From NCBI GenBank assembly GCA_965216325.1, contig OZ244160.1:1088001-1152000 (forward strand): 64,000 bases of DNA, in the 5' to 3' direction. This DNA is from Coraliomargarita sp. GTDB lineage: Bacteria; Verrucomicrobiota; Verrucomicrobiia; Opitutales; Coraliomargaritaceae. The position numbers and the translations under genes are program-made. Positions 1-12,032 of this stretch are shown one piece after another (positions within the stretch are counted from its first letter, which is position 1; each line of letters starts with the position of its first letter). Under the pieces are notes generated by a model. The model ran no database searches. It had not been told where the DNA came from and saw nothing but the letters and a program-made list of their open reading frames with translations.

Positions 1-1
1 C

Positions 2-166
2 TTCGAAACCACGATGGACCCGAAGACGCGCCGCTTGTTGAAAGTCGACATTTCCGACGCAGCCGCGGCCGACGCGACCTTCTCCATGCTCATGGGTGAA
101 GATGTCCCTAGCCGCCGTGCATTCATTGAAGATAACGCGCTGAACGTGTCGCACCTCGACGTCTAA
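2..166 (+). CDS. gyrB: DNA gyrase subunit B, C-terminal end (partial at window edge)
   Basis: Own translation: [15 protein letters not shown]...[28 protein letters not shown], the typical GyrB C-terminus; lies directly upstream of gyrA. Confidence 0.93.
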   Translation, partial: FETTMDPKTRRLLKVDISDAAAADATFSMLMGEDVPSRRAFIEDNALNVSHLDV

Positions 167-172
167 GCGCCC

Positions 173-264
173 TCTTACTCCTAATCCTACTCTGAATCCT
201 AATCTATCCACAGCACTGCCATAGAAAGATCCGATTAAGAGTAAGATTAAGATTATGATTAAGA
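173..264. repeat. Inverted pair of 6-bp-period tandem repeats (TCYTAM arm / GATTAA-GAGTAA arm)
   Basis: 173-205 tcttac tcctaa tcctac tctgaa tcctaa tct; 233-264 gattaa gagtaa gattaa gattat gattaa ga; the arms are imperfect reverse complements. Confidence 0.75.
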
Positions 265-285
265 ATACATAAACACTTTAAGATA

Positions 286-2784
<2,499 letters not shown>

Positions 2785-2809
2785 GAGATTCGTAACAAAC
2801 TATCTTGCC

Positions 2810-2840
2810 AGGGCCGTTCCATCAAGGAGCGGCCTTTTTT
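2810..2840 (+). terminator. Intrinsic terminator after gyrA
   Basis: ggccgttcc / ggagcggcc hairpin followed by a T run. Confidence 0.8.
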
Positions 2841-2856
2841 ATTATGGTTCAACAAT

Positions 2857-3117
2857 TTGACTCATTTTTTTCTAGTTTGTGATCATGATGCCATGGTCGG
2901 AGCCATCATCGCGTCTTCAGGTAGTGCCTCGCATCCCTTTGCCATTCTAATCGGGTTCTTCGCACTGTTTGGTAGTCTCTTTTACCTCTCACATCTGCAG
3001 GCGACGAAGCGGACAAAGAATTTAGCGACCGTGGCGGAATCGCTCAGTCTTGCGTTCAGCCAAGAATGGCCCCTACCTTTCCGTAATGCTGTGGGCTCGC
3101 TAGATCTATCAAGCTGA
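2857..3117 (+). CDS. Small hypothetical membrane protein, possibly truncated
   Basis: One hydrophobic segment then QATKRTKNLATVAESLSLAF; short, start uncertain. Confidence 0.3.
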   Translation: MTHFFLVCDHDAMVGAIIASSGSASHPFAILIGFFALFGSLFYLSHLQATKRTKNLATVAESLSLAFSQEWPLPFRNAVGSLDLSS

Positions 3118-3351
3118 GCACACAACGAGCTTATAGGCCCCTTGGTCTACAGTAGGGATTCAAGTCTATGGCGACACATATTCGGCCGCCATTGCTGAGG
3201 CTGATTTCCGGCGCATTCGTGTAGTGACTGAGTCGTTTCATTAGTCTAGCATGAGCGTTCCGTGGACTATTACTTCGAGCACTTGTGGAGATGCCTATGC
3301 TAATGCGGGAATTCCTTTGCTAAATGCCAGCTTCCGCGAATTGTGGTTGCC

Positions 3352-3813
3352 ATGGCAAAAAGCTTTGAGTTGAAGGGCTACACTGTGGCGATTGGATTGC
3401 TGGTGCTCACGGGGATCGTGGGCATGCTCTTTATCGTGCTAGGCCCACAGGCTACCGAGAAAAGTCCTGGGGTGCTGCATGTGGGGGTTCGCTATGTCGA
3501 TGAGAGTAGTATTGCATTCGCACGCTTTGATAAGTCGGGGCCGGGCGCCCTACTCCAGTTCTTTAATGCTGACGATACTATGGTCTATCAGGTCGGCGAC
3601 CTGAAGATTGGGCGCAATCTGGTTCCGATTGAAACGGAGAATTTGCCCAGTGGCCAATATACCGCACGTCTCAGTGCGCCGGAGTATCAAACCGTGACAA
3701 TTGAAGTACAGGTTGAGGGGCGCATGCTGAACCCAGTTAAGGATACGGAATTCACGCTCGGCACGCACGCCGACTATAATATGATCGGGGTGCGCTTTCG
3801 ATCGGTCGACTGA
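3352..3813 (+). CDS. Hypothetical membrane-anchored protein
   Basis: ORF with an N-terminal TM helix and a beta-rich soluble domain; ATG at 3352 chosen. Confidence 0.6.
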   Translation: MAKSFELKGYTVAIGLLVLTGIVGMLFIVLGPQATEKSPGVLHVGVRYVDESSIAFARFDKSGPGALLQFFNADDTMVYQVGDLKIGRNLVPIETENLPSGQYTARLSAPEYQTVTIEVQVEGRMLNPVKDTEFTLGTHADYNMIGVRFRSVD

Positions 3814-3835
3814 AAATAGCCCTGGTACCAGTGTA

Positions 3836-4951
3836 CTAACGCACAGCTTCGAGTGGAACGAGTTCGATTAAGGTAATTTCCGTTGGGCAATTGAAGCGCA
3901 TTGCGGGTAGTCCTTCGAAGCGATTTGAGCCTGCCCCCGCGGAAACATTCAGATAAGGGACTCCGATGCGCCGGAAGCCATGTGCCCAGTCGCGCGGAAC
4001 TTCGCTATCGGTTACGAGTGGTCCATACCATGGCACCTTGACCTGTCCACCATGTGTGTGTCCTGCAAGGCAGAGATCGATCGGGAGCTCGCCCACGCCA
4101 AGCGCGTAGTTCGGCGAATGCCCCATGAGAATACGGAAGTCGGATGAGTCAGATGCATCCAGCCACTGGTTGACCGAACGCTGTGCATAGCTGAAGTCGC
4201 GCGACTGGTTCAGGTTTAAGCCGTGCAGACTTAAGACTCCACCTACAGTTTCCACCTGAACACTACTCGAGGACAGCATCTGCATCGGCGCGAAGGCTTC
4301 TACCCTGAAGCGGTAGAGTAGATAATCCGTGTCCCCGTAGACGCCGTAGGTGCCGTAGCGCGGACTGGTTGTGCCGATCAAATCGACCAACTTTGGTAAT
4401 TCGCTATTGGTTGTGAGTGGTCGAACTGGTTGCACGAAATCACCGGTATTCAGAATAATATCTGGATCCAGTTCACGGATTATCTCGAAAAGCGCCTCTT
4501 CTTTGGCGCCAATTGCACCCGACTGTATGTCGGCAATGTGTAGCAGACGAACCGGGTGTGTGAGCTTCGGTGTGGCAATGCGCACGTGGCGAACCTCATG
4601 CCTGTTCGGCTCCACATGGGTTACCCAATAGCGCAGAAAAAACAAGTCCAGGGCAATAAACAGATAGATGCCAGCAATCCAGTAGAAGCGCGGAGTGCCG
4701 ATGCGCCCCATGATCGCAAAAAGTATAGACAGGCCTACTAAAGTCCAAGGCAGTTCCCAGAGGTTGAAATCGTATGCCCTGTGGATCTGCGCAAAGTTTG
4801 GGCGCAGCATACCCGCTTGCACGAACTGGTAGTTCCGGTAGCCAACGTAGACGCCGAATGCGACGAGAGCAATTAAGATCCACAACCAAACGCGTGACTT
4901 TTCCGGACGGGTGGCGATATCAACCATTCCGATTTCGTTGATTGGCTTCAT
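3836..4951 (-). CDS. Membrane-associated calcineurin-like metallophosphoesterase
   Basis: HIADIQ, NTGDF, MGHSP and LAGHTHGGQV motifs; N-terminal TM helices. Confidence 0.85.
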   Translation of the reverse strand: MKPINEIGMVDIATRPEKSRVWLWILIALVAFGVYVGYRNYQFVQAGMLRPNFAQIHRAYDFNLWELPWTLVGLSILFAIMGRIGTPRFYWIAGIYLFIALDLFFLRYWVTHVEPNRHEVRHVRIATPKLTHPVRLLHIADIQSGAIGAKEEALFEIIRELDPDIILNTGDFVQPVRPLTTNSELPKLVDLIGTTSPRYGTYGVYGDTDYLLYRFRVEAFAPMQMLSSSSVQVETVGGVLSLHGLNLNQSRDFSYAQRSVNQWLDASDSSDFRILMGHSPNYALGVGELPIDLCLAGHTHGGQVKVPWYGPLVTDSEVPRDWAHGFRRIGVPYLNVSAGAGSNRFEGLPAMRFNCPTEITLIELVPLEAVR

Positions 4952-5409
4952 TTGAGTGATTGGCGGCGCAATAGAAGGCGCAGGCTGAAAGGCAGTAAGG
5001 CCAGCGCACCAAATAACCAGCAGAAGACCAGTTCAAAACTTGCACGAAAACCGGATCGCTGTGCTTTTTGAAAAATTACAGTGCCGATCGCAATATTGAG
5101 CACCTGCCAATTGCAAAACAGGGCCAGAAAGATCATCGGGTGTCGTGAGAATTCCTGCGCGGCGGAGTAGCTGACATTCGTTTGCACTGAACCCGGCAGG
5201 AGTGCTGCATCATAAGACATCCATAAGACATACACGAGCACGAGCGCATAGAGTGGCGACAGCACAAAGGGTTGCGCAAGTGCTTGGACCCAGCGTTGCC
5301 GAGCAAAAAAGACCATCGCAAACCAAGCAGGTGCCGTCATTAGGGCGATAAACAAAAAAGCACGCTCCAAATCGTGTGCTCCAAATGTTTCAATCAACCA
5401 GATCGGCAT
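4948..5409 (-). CDS. ABA4-like (DUF4281) membrane protein
   Basis: 153 aa, four TM helices, PAWFAMVF start and terminal CWLFGAL pattern resembling the ABA4 family; 4-bp overlap with the downstream gene. Confidence 0.55.
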   Translation of the reverse strand: MPIWLIETFGAHDLERAFLFIALMTAPAWFAMVFFARQRWVQALAQPFVLSPLYALVLVYVLWMSYDAALLPGSVQTNVSYSAAQEFSRHPMIFLALFCNWQVLNIAIGTVIFQKAQRSGFRASFELVFCWLFGALALLPFSLRLLLRRQSLK

Positions 5410-5503
5410 GGTCTTTAGGAGTGAAAATGAACGTGAGAGTGACGGTGGCTAACTGCGGGATAGGCGTGATCACTTTTGCCCGAACCTTCACGGTTCACTC
5501 TCC

Positions 5504-6418
5504 TTAGTCGTTCTCTACGATTAAGGAGTAGGCTTCGATATAGCGTGCAAGTGTGCCCTCAAGCACCTCATCGGTAAGTGCCGGAGGCGGCGGGGTCTTA
5601 TCCCAATCAAGCCCTTCAAGGTAATCACGAACAAATTGCTTGTCGTAAGAGGGCTGTGCCCCTCCTGGTGCATAACTGCCCTTGGGCCAGTAGCGGGATG
5701 AATCCGGCGTCAGGATTTCATCGATCAAGTAGAGTTCCCCGTCTTCATCGGTGCCGAACTCAAACTTTGTATCCGCAAGAATGATACCAGCCTTGTCTGC
5801 ACGTGCTGCACCGAGTTGATACAACTCAATGCTTAGGTCGTGGACTTGTTTGAATAGATCTTCACCGATCAGGTCTGCCGCGGGTGCGCAATCGATTGGC
5901 ATGTCATGGCCGCTGGCGGCCTTGGTGGTTGGAGTGAACAGTGGTTGCGGCAGTTGGCTGCTCTCCTGAAGCCCTTCGGGTAGCTCGTACTCAAAGAGTT
6001 TACCATTTTGCTGATAATCTTTCCAGCCAGATCCAGATAGGTAGCCACGCACGATTGCCTCAATGGGGAGTGGCATGAGCTTCTTTACGATCATACTGCG
6101 CAGTGCCAGCTCTGGGTGATCCTGCGCCAGTTCAGCAATGCGCTCTGCATGATTGTCGACTAAGTGATGGCGTGTCAGCTTGGCGGCCTGCTTGAACCAA
6201 TAGAGGCTGATTTGAGTGAGCAAGGCACCCTTGCCGGCCAGACCTTCGTTCATGATGACATCGAAGGCAGAGACGCGGTCGGTTGCGACCATGAGCAAGG
6301 CATCTCCCATATCGAAGATTTCCCGCACTTTACCTTGGGCTACCAGCGGATATGGTAGGCCTTCGACCTTCATGAGTGCCTTCTCGGGCAAGCTAAATGG
6401 CAGTTGAGCTGTAGTCAT
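5504..6418 (-). CDS. purC: SAICAR synthetase
   Basis: GKVREIF, ATDRVSAFD, ADTKFEFG, DEILTPDSSRYW, SYDKQFVRD. Confidence 0.96.
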   Translation of the reverse strand: MTTAQLPFSLPEKALMKVEGLPYPLVAQGKVREIFDMGDALLMVATDRVSAFDVIMNEGLAGKGALLTQISLYWFKQAAKLTRHHLVDNHAERIAELAQDHPELALRSMIVKKLMPLPIEAIVRGYLSGSGWKDYQQNGKLFEYELPEGLQESSQLPQPLFTPTTKAASGHDMPIDCAPAADLIGEDLFKQVHDLSIELYQLGAARADKAGIILADTKFEFGTDEDGELYLIDEILTPDSSRYWPKGSYAPGGAQPSYDKQFVRDYLEGLDWDKTPPPPALTDEVLEGTLARYIEAYSLIVEND

Positions 6419-6505
6419 GCTCACTAAATGAGTGTGCAATCCCGCATTCGCAAACGGTTTCTTTCCGTTCAAATGAAATTTGTGACATTTATATCAAAAA
6501 AAGAC

Positions 6506-6533
6506 TTGCAGGAGCTAAGCCGAAACGTAGCTT
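6506..6533 (+). promoter_or_regulatory. Putative sigma70 promoter of the tRNA-Glu cluster
   Basis: TTGCAG-16 nt-TAGCTT preceded by an A-rich tract, 18 nt upstream of the first tRNA. Confidence 0.4.
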
Positions 6534-6548
6534 CTCGGCTTCTTTCTT

Positions 6549-6630
<82 letters not shown>

Positions 6631-6671
6631 CTCAATAGAGGCGGCATCTTAGCGACAACAAGAAAGCTCCA

Positions 6672-6759
<88 letters not shown>

Positions 6760-6793
6760 GATCGAGGTGGCATCTCAGCACAGCAAGGAGGCA

Positions 6794-6884
<91 letters not shown>

Positions 6885-6901
6885 CATCCTGCATATGGTA
6901 G

Positions 6902-6929
6902 AAAACTCCCACACGTTGGGAGTTTTTTT
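6902..6929 (+). terminator. Intrinsic terminator after the tRNA cluster
   Basis: aaaactccca-cacgt-tgggagtttt hairpin with T run. Confidence 0.85.
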
Positions 6930-7037
6930 GTGGCTGTTCCGAGCGATGAGAACCTTGGTTCGACGAAGCGAGAAGAAGCGAGCAAAGATGGGACTGCTCC
7001 TCGAGCAGGTCGCGACGCGATGACGCCGCGCGGCACC

Positions 7038-7102
7038 AATCCCCTACGGGATGTCATTGGAATCTTACAACGACCAAAAGCTCCCACAGCTTGGGAGCTT
7101 TT
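7038..7102 (+). repeat. Duplicated tRNA-Glu 3' end plus a second related terminator (tRNA-linked repeat)
   Basis: aatcccctacgggatgtca (7038-7056) matches the tRNA 3' end at 18/19; followed by hairpin aaaagctccca...tgggagctttt (7076-7102), similar to the 6902-6929 terminator. Confidence 0.8.
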
Positions 7103-7184
7103 GAAGCATATTTACTAGCCCTCGTCATGGATAAACGTTTTGCTGATGCAGAATTCAGTCAATCCACTGAATGGAACCTGTATC

Positions 7185-8117
7185 ATGAAACAGATCCTAT
7201 TCACACCTATATACCAAGAACGCGTCTGGGGAGGCACCGACTTCGAGGCTAAGCTCGGGCGCCAACTGCCTGCTGATAAAGTCATCGGCGAGAGCTGGGA
7301 GATCGTCGATCGCCCAGAGGCACAGTCTACCACCAGTACGGGAAAAACAATTCGCGAGCTGATTGCAGCGAATCCTGTGGGCATCATGGGGGATGACTGG
7401 GACGCAGCCCGCCCATTCCCAATCTTGGTCAAATGGCTCGATTGCCAGGAGAAGCTGAGTCTTCAAGTGCACCCGCCGGCAGACATCGCACCGAGCCTGA
7501 ATGGTGAGCCTAAAACCGAGAATTGGTATATTGCTGATGCAACCGATGATGCGACACTTATGGCAGGCCTTAAGCACGGTGTGACACGTGAAGATTTTGA
7601 GACTGCGTTGAAGAACAACGAACTGGAGCCCCTTGTGCACCAAATTTCGGTTTCTGCAGGTGAATCAATTTTCATCCCGAGTGGACGCATCCACGCAATT
7701 GGAGGTGGCAACCTGATTTTGGAGATTCAGCAAAACTCGGACACCACATACCGCGTCTACGACTGGGGGCGTGTTGGCCTAGATGGCGCTCCTCGTGAAT
7801 TGCACATCGAAGAGTCGCTGAAGAGTTCCGATTTCAATGACTTTGAGCCTGACACCCTGAAGCCTACCGGTGAATCGCAGCTTCTTGCTGAGAGTGATGT
7901 GTTCAATCTTCGCAAGGTCTGCCTGTCTGCTGGCGAGACACTGGAGTTTGCCGCCGGAGAGCCCAAAATCTTGAGCGTAGTGGTTGGTAGTCTGACCGAA
8001 ACGGATGGTGATCAACTGAACAAGGGTGATAATGCCCTACTCCCTGCTTCAGAGTCGTTCAGCTACACCGCTAAAGCGGACTGCGAGCTGTTGGTGACAG
8101 ATCGGTTCAATCGCTAG
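7185..8117 (+). CDS. manA: Mannose-6-phosphate isomerase, class I
   Basis: VWGG, GESWE, LSLQVHP, KTENWY, IHAIG and EIQQNSDTTYRVYDW motifs. Confidence 0.9.
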   Translation: MKQILFTPIYQERVWGGTDFEAKLGRQLPADKVIGESWEIVDRPEAQSTTSTGKTIRELIAANPVGIMGDDWDAARPFPILVKWLDCQEKLSLQVHPPADIAPSLNGEPKTENWYIADATDDATLMAGLKHGVTREDFETALKNNELEPLVHQISVSAGESIFIPSGRIHAIGGGNLILEIQQNSDTTYRVYDWGRVGLDGAPRELHIEESLKSSDFNDFEPDTLKPTGESQLLAESDVFNLRKVCLSAGETLEFAAGEPKILSVVVGSLTETDGDQLNKGDNALLPASESFSYTAKADCELLVTDRFNR

Positions 8118-8138
8118 TCATTCAGCGCTTTGTTTATC

Positions 8139-8167
8139 AGCCGTCTCCTGTGTGAGACGGCTTTTTT
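8139..8167 (+). terminator. Intrinsic terminator after manA; target of intron copy 1
   Basis: agccgtctc-ctgtgt-gagacggct plus T6, ending 2 nt before the intron 5' end. Confidence 0.85.
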
Positions 8168-8169
8168 GT

Positions 8170-10083
8170 GTGCGCCCGGCAGGGCGCACTTACTCGACAG
8201 TGATTATTAATGGAAATTGATGAAAGTCTGTTACTCGCCCGGCAAGGGGAAGAGTTAGCCGAAGGGCAACTGCGGCATCGCGAGGTGTTCGTGGGAAGGA
8301 AGCCTATGGCAAAGCACTGGCCTGACGAACAGGAATCGCATAAGAGGCGTTTGCGTTGGATGAGGAGGCACAGAACTTCAAAGTCCGAAACTTGCCCGGA
8401 AAGCGCAGGCGTATATGCGGCAGGCATAAGTGTGACGGTAAGTGCGCATTACCCGGGGAGGTCTCTGAACATGCTACTGGCTACCAGTGTCGCGAGGCAC
8501 TGGGATGTGTTTAGAGAAGTCAGCCGAGATCATAGTAGCCTGCACAGGTCGCGGGCGAAGGATCGAACCGAAGAACGACAACAAGGACTGAGACCATGAG
8601 CGAGAGCAGGGAAGCAGAAGCTGGCGGCACCACCCGTCAGACCCGCGTGGAAGGAACCGGACGGCATCTGGGGCGAGTCCATGCGGGCGCATCAAGCGCG
8701 CCATTGGCCTTGGAGAACCGAGTTGCTCACCAATACGACCTGATTCGACAGGTGACCGAGCGCGGCAATATCAAAGCCGCGTGGAAGAAAGTGCGCCGCA
8801 ACGGCGGCAGAGCGGGCATCGACGAGCGCGACATGGAAGCCAGCCTGGCGTATCTAAATGCGCACTGGGAGCAGATCGAATCGCAGTTGCTGACCGGGAG
8901 GTATCGTCCCCCGGCAGTGCTGCGTCTGGAGATCAAAAAGCCGGGCGGGGGCACCCGCAAGCTGGGCGTTCCCACGATCGTTGACCGTGTGTTGCAACAA
9001 GCGGCCTTGCAGATACTCAGCCCGATCTTCGACCCCCTGTTCAGCGAACACAGCTACGGGTTCCGCCCCGGACGCAGCGCAGGACAAGCGGTCGAACAGG
9101 CGCAAAAGTATCAGCACGAAGGCAAGAACTGGGTCGTGGACATGGACTTGAAGGCCTTCTTCGACGAAGTGAACCACGACCTGCTGATGGCGCGGGTGCG
9201 CCGTCATGTGAAAGACAAAGCCATGCTCAAACTGATCCGCTCCTGGCTTAAAGCTGGAGTGATGATCGGCGGGCTGGTTCAACCCACGGAGAAAGGCACG
9301 CCTCAGGGTGGGCCGCTCTCTCCACTGCTGTCCAACATCATGTTGGACGATCTGGATAAGGAACTGGAGAAGCGCGGCCATAGCTTCTGCCGCTACGCGG
9401 ACGACTGTAACATTTACGTCGCCACGCAGCGCAGCGGCGAGCGTGTGCTCGCTTCGATCACGAACTATTTGGAGACCAAACTGAAGCTGAAGGTCAACCA
9501 CCTCAAAAGCGCGGTGGATCGTCCGAGCCGCCGGATCTTCCTCGGCTACAGCTTCACTGGGGGCAAGCATAGCCGCATTCGCGTGCCCAAACAGACGACT
9601 CAAAAGATGAAGTCCAAGCTGCGGAAACTCTGCCGCAAAGGGCGCGGGCGCAACCTGCGCCGCTTCATCGCTGAGACGCTCAATCCAGTGCTACGCGGCT
9701 GGACGAACTACTTCCGCCTGAGTCAGACGAAAACCTTCGCCGGGGAACTGGACGAATGGTTGCGACATCGCTTGCGGTGCATCCTCTGGCGACAGTGGAA
9801 ACGTCCCCACACCCGCTACAGGAAGCTGGTGCAGCTTGGGCTCAGCCCCGAATGTGCACGCAAAAGCAGCTACAACGGACGCGGGGCGTGGTTTAACAGC
9901 GGAGCCTCTCACATGAACCAAGCCCTCCCACGCAAAGCCTTCACGCAAATGAAGCTCCTATCTGTCTATGATTTGCTCGAATTGATGAGAGCCGAAATCC
10001 TTCTTCGGAACCGCCGTGATACGTGAACCGCACGTCCGGTGGTGTGAGAGCTTGGAGCGGGCAACCGCTCCCGGCTACTCGAT
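8170..10083 (+). mobile_element. Group II intron, class IIC, copy 1 (1914 nt)
   Basis: Starts GTGCG; domain V gaaccgccg...cggtggt with CGC triad overlapping the ORF stop; domain VI ending ctactcgAT; boundaries supported by identity with 54407-56320. Confidence 0.93.
8596..10026 (+). CDS. ltrA: Group II intron reverse transcriptase/maturase, no endonuclease domain
   Basis: RKLGVPTIVDR, SYGFRPGRS, GTPQGGPLSPLL, RYADD, maturase X domain NPVLRGWTNYF. Confidence 0.96.
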   Translation: MSESREAEAGGTTRQTRVEGTGRHLGRVHAGASSAPLALENRVAHQYDLIRQVTERGNIKAAWKKVRRNGGRAGIDERDMEASLAYLNAHWEQIESQLLTGRYRPPAVLRLEIKKPGGGTRKLGVPTIVDRVLQQAALQILSPIFDPLFSEHSYGFRPGRSAGQAVEQAQKYQHEGKNWVVDMDLKAFFDEVNHDLLMARVRRHVKDKAMLKLIRSWLKAGVMIGGLVQPTEKGTPQGGPLSPLLSNIMLDDLDKELEKRGHSFCRYADDCNIYVATQRSGERVLASITNYLETKLKLKVNHLKSAVDRPSRRIFLGYSFTGGKHSRIRVPKQTTQKMKSKLRKLCRKGRGRNLRRFIAETLNPVLRGWTNYFRLSQTKTFAGELDEWLRHRLRCILWRQWKRPHTRYRKLVQLGLSPECARKSSYNGRGAWFNSGASHMNQALPRKAFTQMKLLSVYDLLELMRAEILLRNRRDT

Positions 10084-10371
10084 ATTCGCGGAACCAAGCG
10101 TTCCGGATTGGCGATATGGATCGCGATTACTTGCTTGGAATTCCACTTGGAAGTGGGCCTTAAAATCAATTATACACTGAATCTGATGGGTTGGATGCCC
10201 CCGTGTCATTCAGTTCGCTGATGCCGCTCCCCGCCGCCGCGCAGTGCCCCCTTCTTTGAGCCAGTCTATCAGGAAATCAACGTTTTAGCCTAGCTCAGCA
10301 CAAACGACATGGAGCAAACACAGACGCAACACGACAAAACAAGAGTGATGCCGGAGTCGTTGGATCATCAA

Positions 10372-11337
10372 TTACGCCGAAACTACGTTAATAGGCGCGT
10401 TGTCGAGATAAGCTCTCAGATTCTGTATTGCCTCAACGAGTAAGCGTCGACGCGCAGGTTCACTTGCCCATGCGATATGTGGTGTGATAAAGCAGTTCGG
10501 CGCTCCTAGTAAAAGGCACTCTTTAGACATCGGCTCGGCGGTTAAAACATCCAGCGCAGCACCACCCAGGTCCCCTGAGTGTAGCGCAGCCGCCAGATCG
10601 GATTCATCGATCAACCCTCCACGCGCAGTATTTACTAGCAATGCCCCAGGCTTCATTGTGCTAAGCCGTTTGGCATTAACAAAACCGCTCATCTCGGCGG
10701 TCTGTGGGCAGTGTAAACTCACTAGATCAGCTTCTTTGAATAGCACTTCGTTTGATACCCACTCAAACCCATCCCAGTCAGGAGCCTCTTTAGGCGTGCG
10801 TGCGGATGCGATGATACGCGCTCCGAGTGCGTGGTAAGTTGCTGCAACACGACGACCAATCGTTCCGAAACCTACGATGCCAACAGTCATGGACTCCAGC
10901 TCTAGGGGCGCGCGTTGCCAGTAGGAAAAATGCTTACTTGCAATCCAATCTCCCGAGTGGACGCTGTCACTGTGTCGCGCAACCTGATTGCACAATTCGA
11001 GGCCAAGGGCGACCGCATGTTGAGCAGTGGCGGCAGTGCCATAACCGGGAACATTGCATACAGTCAGGCTACATTCCGCAGCACATTCCATGTCGACAAT
11101 GTTGTAACCTGTCGCCAACACGCCAATAAACTTCAACTGATGTGCAGCTTTTAGCACCTCAGCACAGAGGGGCACCTTATTACTAAAGACCACCTCACAA
11201 CCTTTAATGCGCTCAGCGATGACCGAATTTTCGCTTGGAGTATGCCCATACAAGCATAGCTCGCCAAACTCTCTGAGCTCGCTCCAAGCGCTGTCGTCGA
11301 AATCGAGAGTTTCCGCATCTAAGACGGCGATCTTCAT
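10372..11337 (-). CDS. D-2-hydroxyacid (glycerate-type) dehydrogenase
   Basis: GIVGFGTIG, LHCP, NTARGGL, DVLTAEP, TPHIAW. Confidence 0.9.
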   Translation of the reverse strand: MKIAVLDAETLDFDDSAWSELREFGELCLYGHTPSENSVIAERIKGCEVVFSNKVPLCAEVLKAAHQLKFIGVLATGYNIVDMECAAECSLTVCNVPGYGTAATAQHAVALGLELCNQVARHSDSVHSGDWIASKHFSYWQRAPLELESMTVGIVGFGTIGRRVAATYHALGARIIASARTPKEAPDWDGFEWVSNEVLFKEADLVSLHCPQTAEMSGFVNAKRLSTMKPGALLVNTARGGLIDESDLAAALHSGDLGGAALDVLTAEPMSKECLLLGAPNCFITPHIAWASEPARRRLLVEAIQNLRAYLDNAPINVVSA

Positions 11338-11340
11338 ATT

Positions 11341-11937
11341 CTACTTTAGACGCTGGATAACATCTGCTTCACGCATCTCATGGATGAGCCTATTGACATA
11401 TTTGCTCATGCCGTTGCTTGCGTTGCCAGACTCTGACTGAAATCGGGTGCGATTAAGCCAGACCGCTGCTTTGATTTCCTTAACGTAGAGTGCAGCTTCA
11501 ATAATGGCTCCAACTTGCACTTCCCAACTGTGGTGGTCTGTGCCGAAAATGCTTTCCTCTGCATGATTTCGATGCGTGTTATGATCTTGACGTGTGATTG
11601 AGAGTGCATGCGCGAAAAGCACTGCGCGATTGTCCGCCCCATAGAGGTAGGCATTCAAACTATTCGAATTGATCGACGTCATTGCCGGATATGAAATGTA
11701 AGATGCCTCAGCGTTCACGCCAGCTCGTCGCAAAGCCCGAGTCATTTGGTCCTCGAACGAAATGCGATTTGCGCCCTCGTAGGCATAACCTACCACAAGA
11801 ACTTCATAACCCTTCTTCCCTTCCCATTTCGAGTTGCCTATCGAGCCTATTGTGTCGAGAGAAACGGACGAGGTTTGGCAACCCGCCAAACCAAATACGA
11901 AAACAATCAGTAGAATTAGTGGAGGTACGGATTTCAT
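11341..11937 (-). CDS. Hypothetical lipoprotein
   Basis: Signal peptide with LAGC lipobox; ATG at 11937 chosen. Confidence 0.65.
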   Translation of the reverse strand: MKSVPPLILLIVFVFGLAGCQTSSVSLDTIGSIGNSKWEGKKGYEVLVVGYAYEGANRISFEDQMTRALRRAGVNAEASYISYPAMTSINSNSLNAYLYGADNRAVLFAHALSITRQDHNTHRNHAEESIFGTDHHSWEVQVGAIIEAALYVKEIKAAVWLNRTRFQSESGNASNGMSKYVNRLIHEMREADVIQRLK

Positions 11938-12032
11938 TGGTAATGGTTTGATTTCTTTAAATAGTATTAGTTCCAAACGTAATTTGATTATTTTTCACAA
12001 TCTGGCCAGAGCAATCAGGCCTTTTAAACCAA

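Noticed and set aside
8164..8169. TTGT target suggesting an attC-targeting intron and an integron
   Set aside because: The upstream hairpins are ordinary terminators; no attC structure or integron integrase in the window
8210..8599. 129-aa ORF upstream of the RT (also at 54447-54836), a possible accessory gene
   Set aside because: Lies within intron RNA domains I-III; duplicated only because the intron is duplicated
8596..10026. RT as part of a retron, DGR or defence system
   Set aside because: Maturase X domain, GTGCG start, domains V/VI and terminator targeting identify a group II intron; no template/variable repeat pair seen
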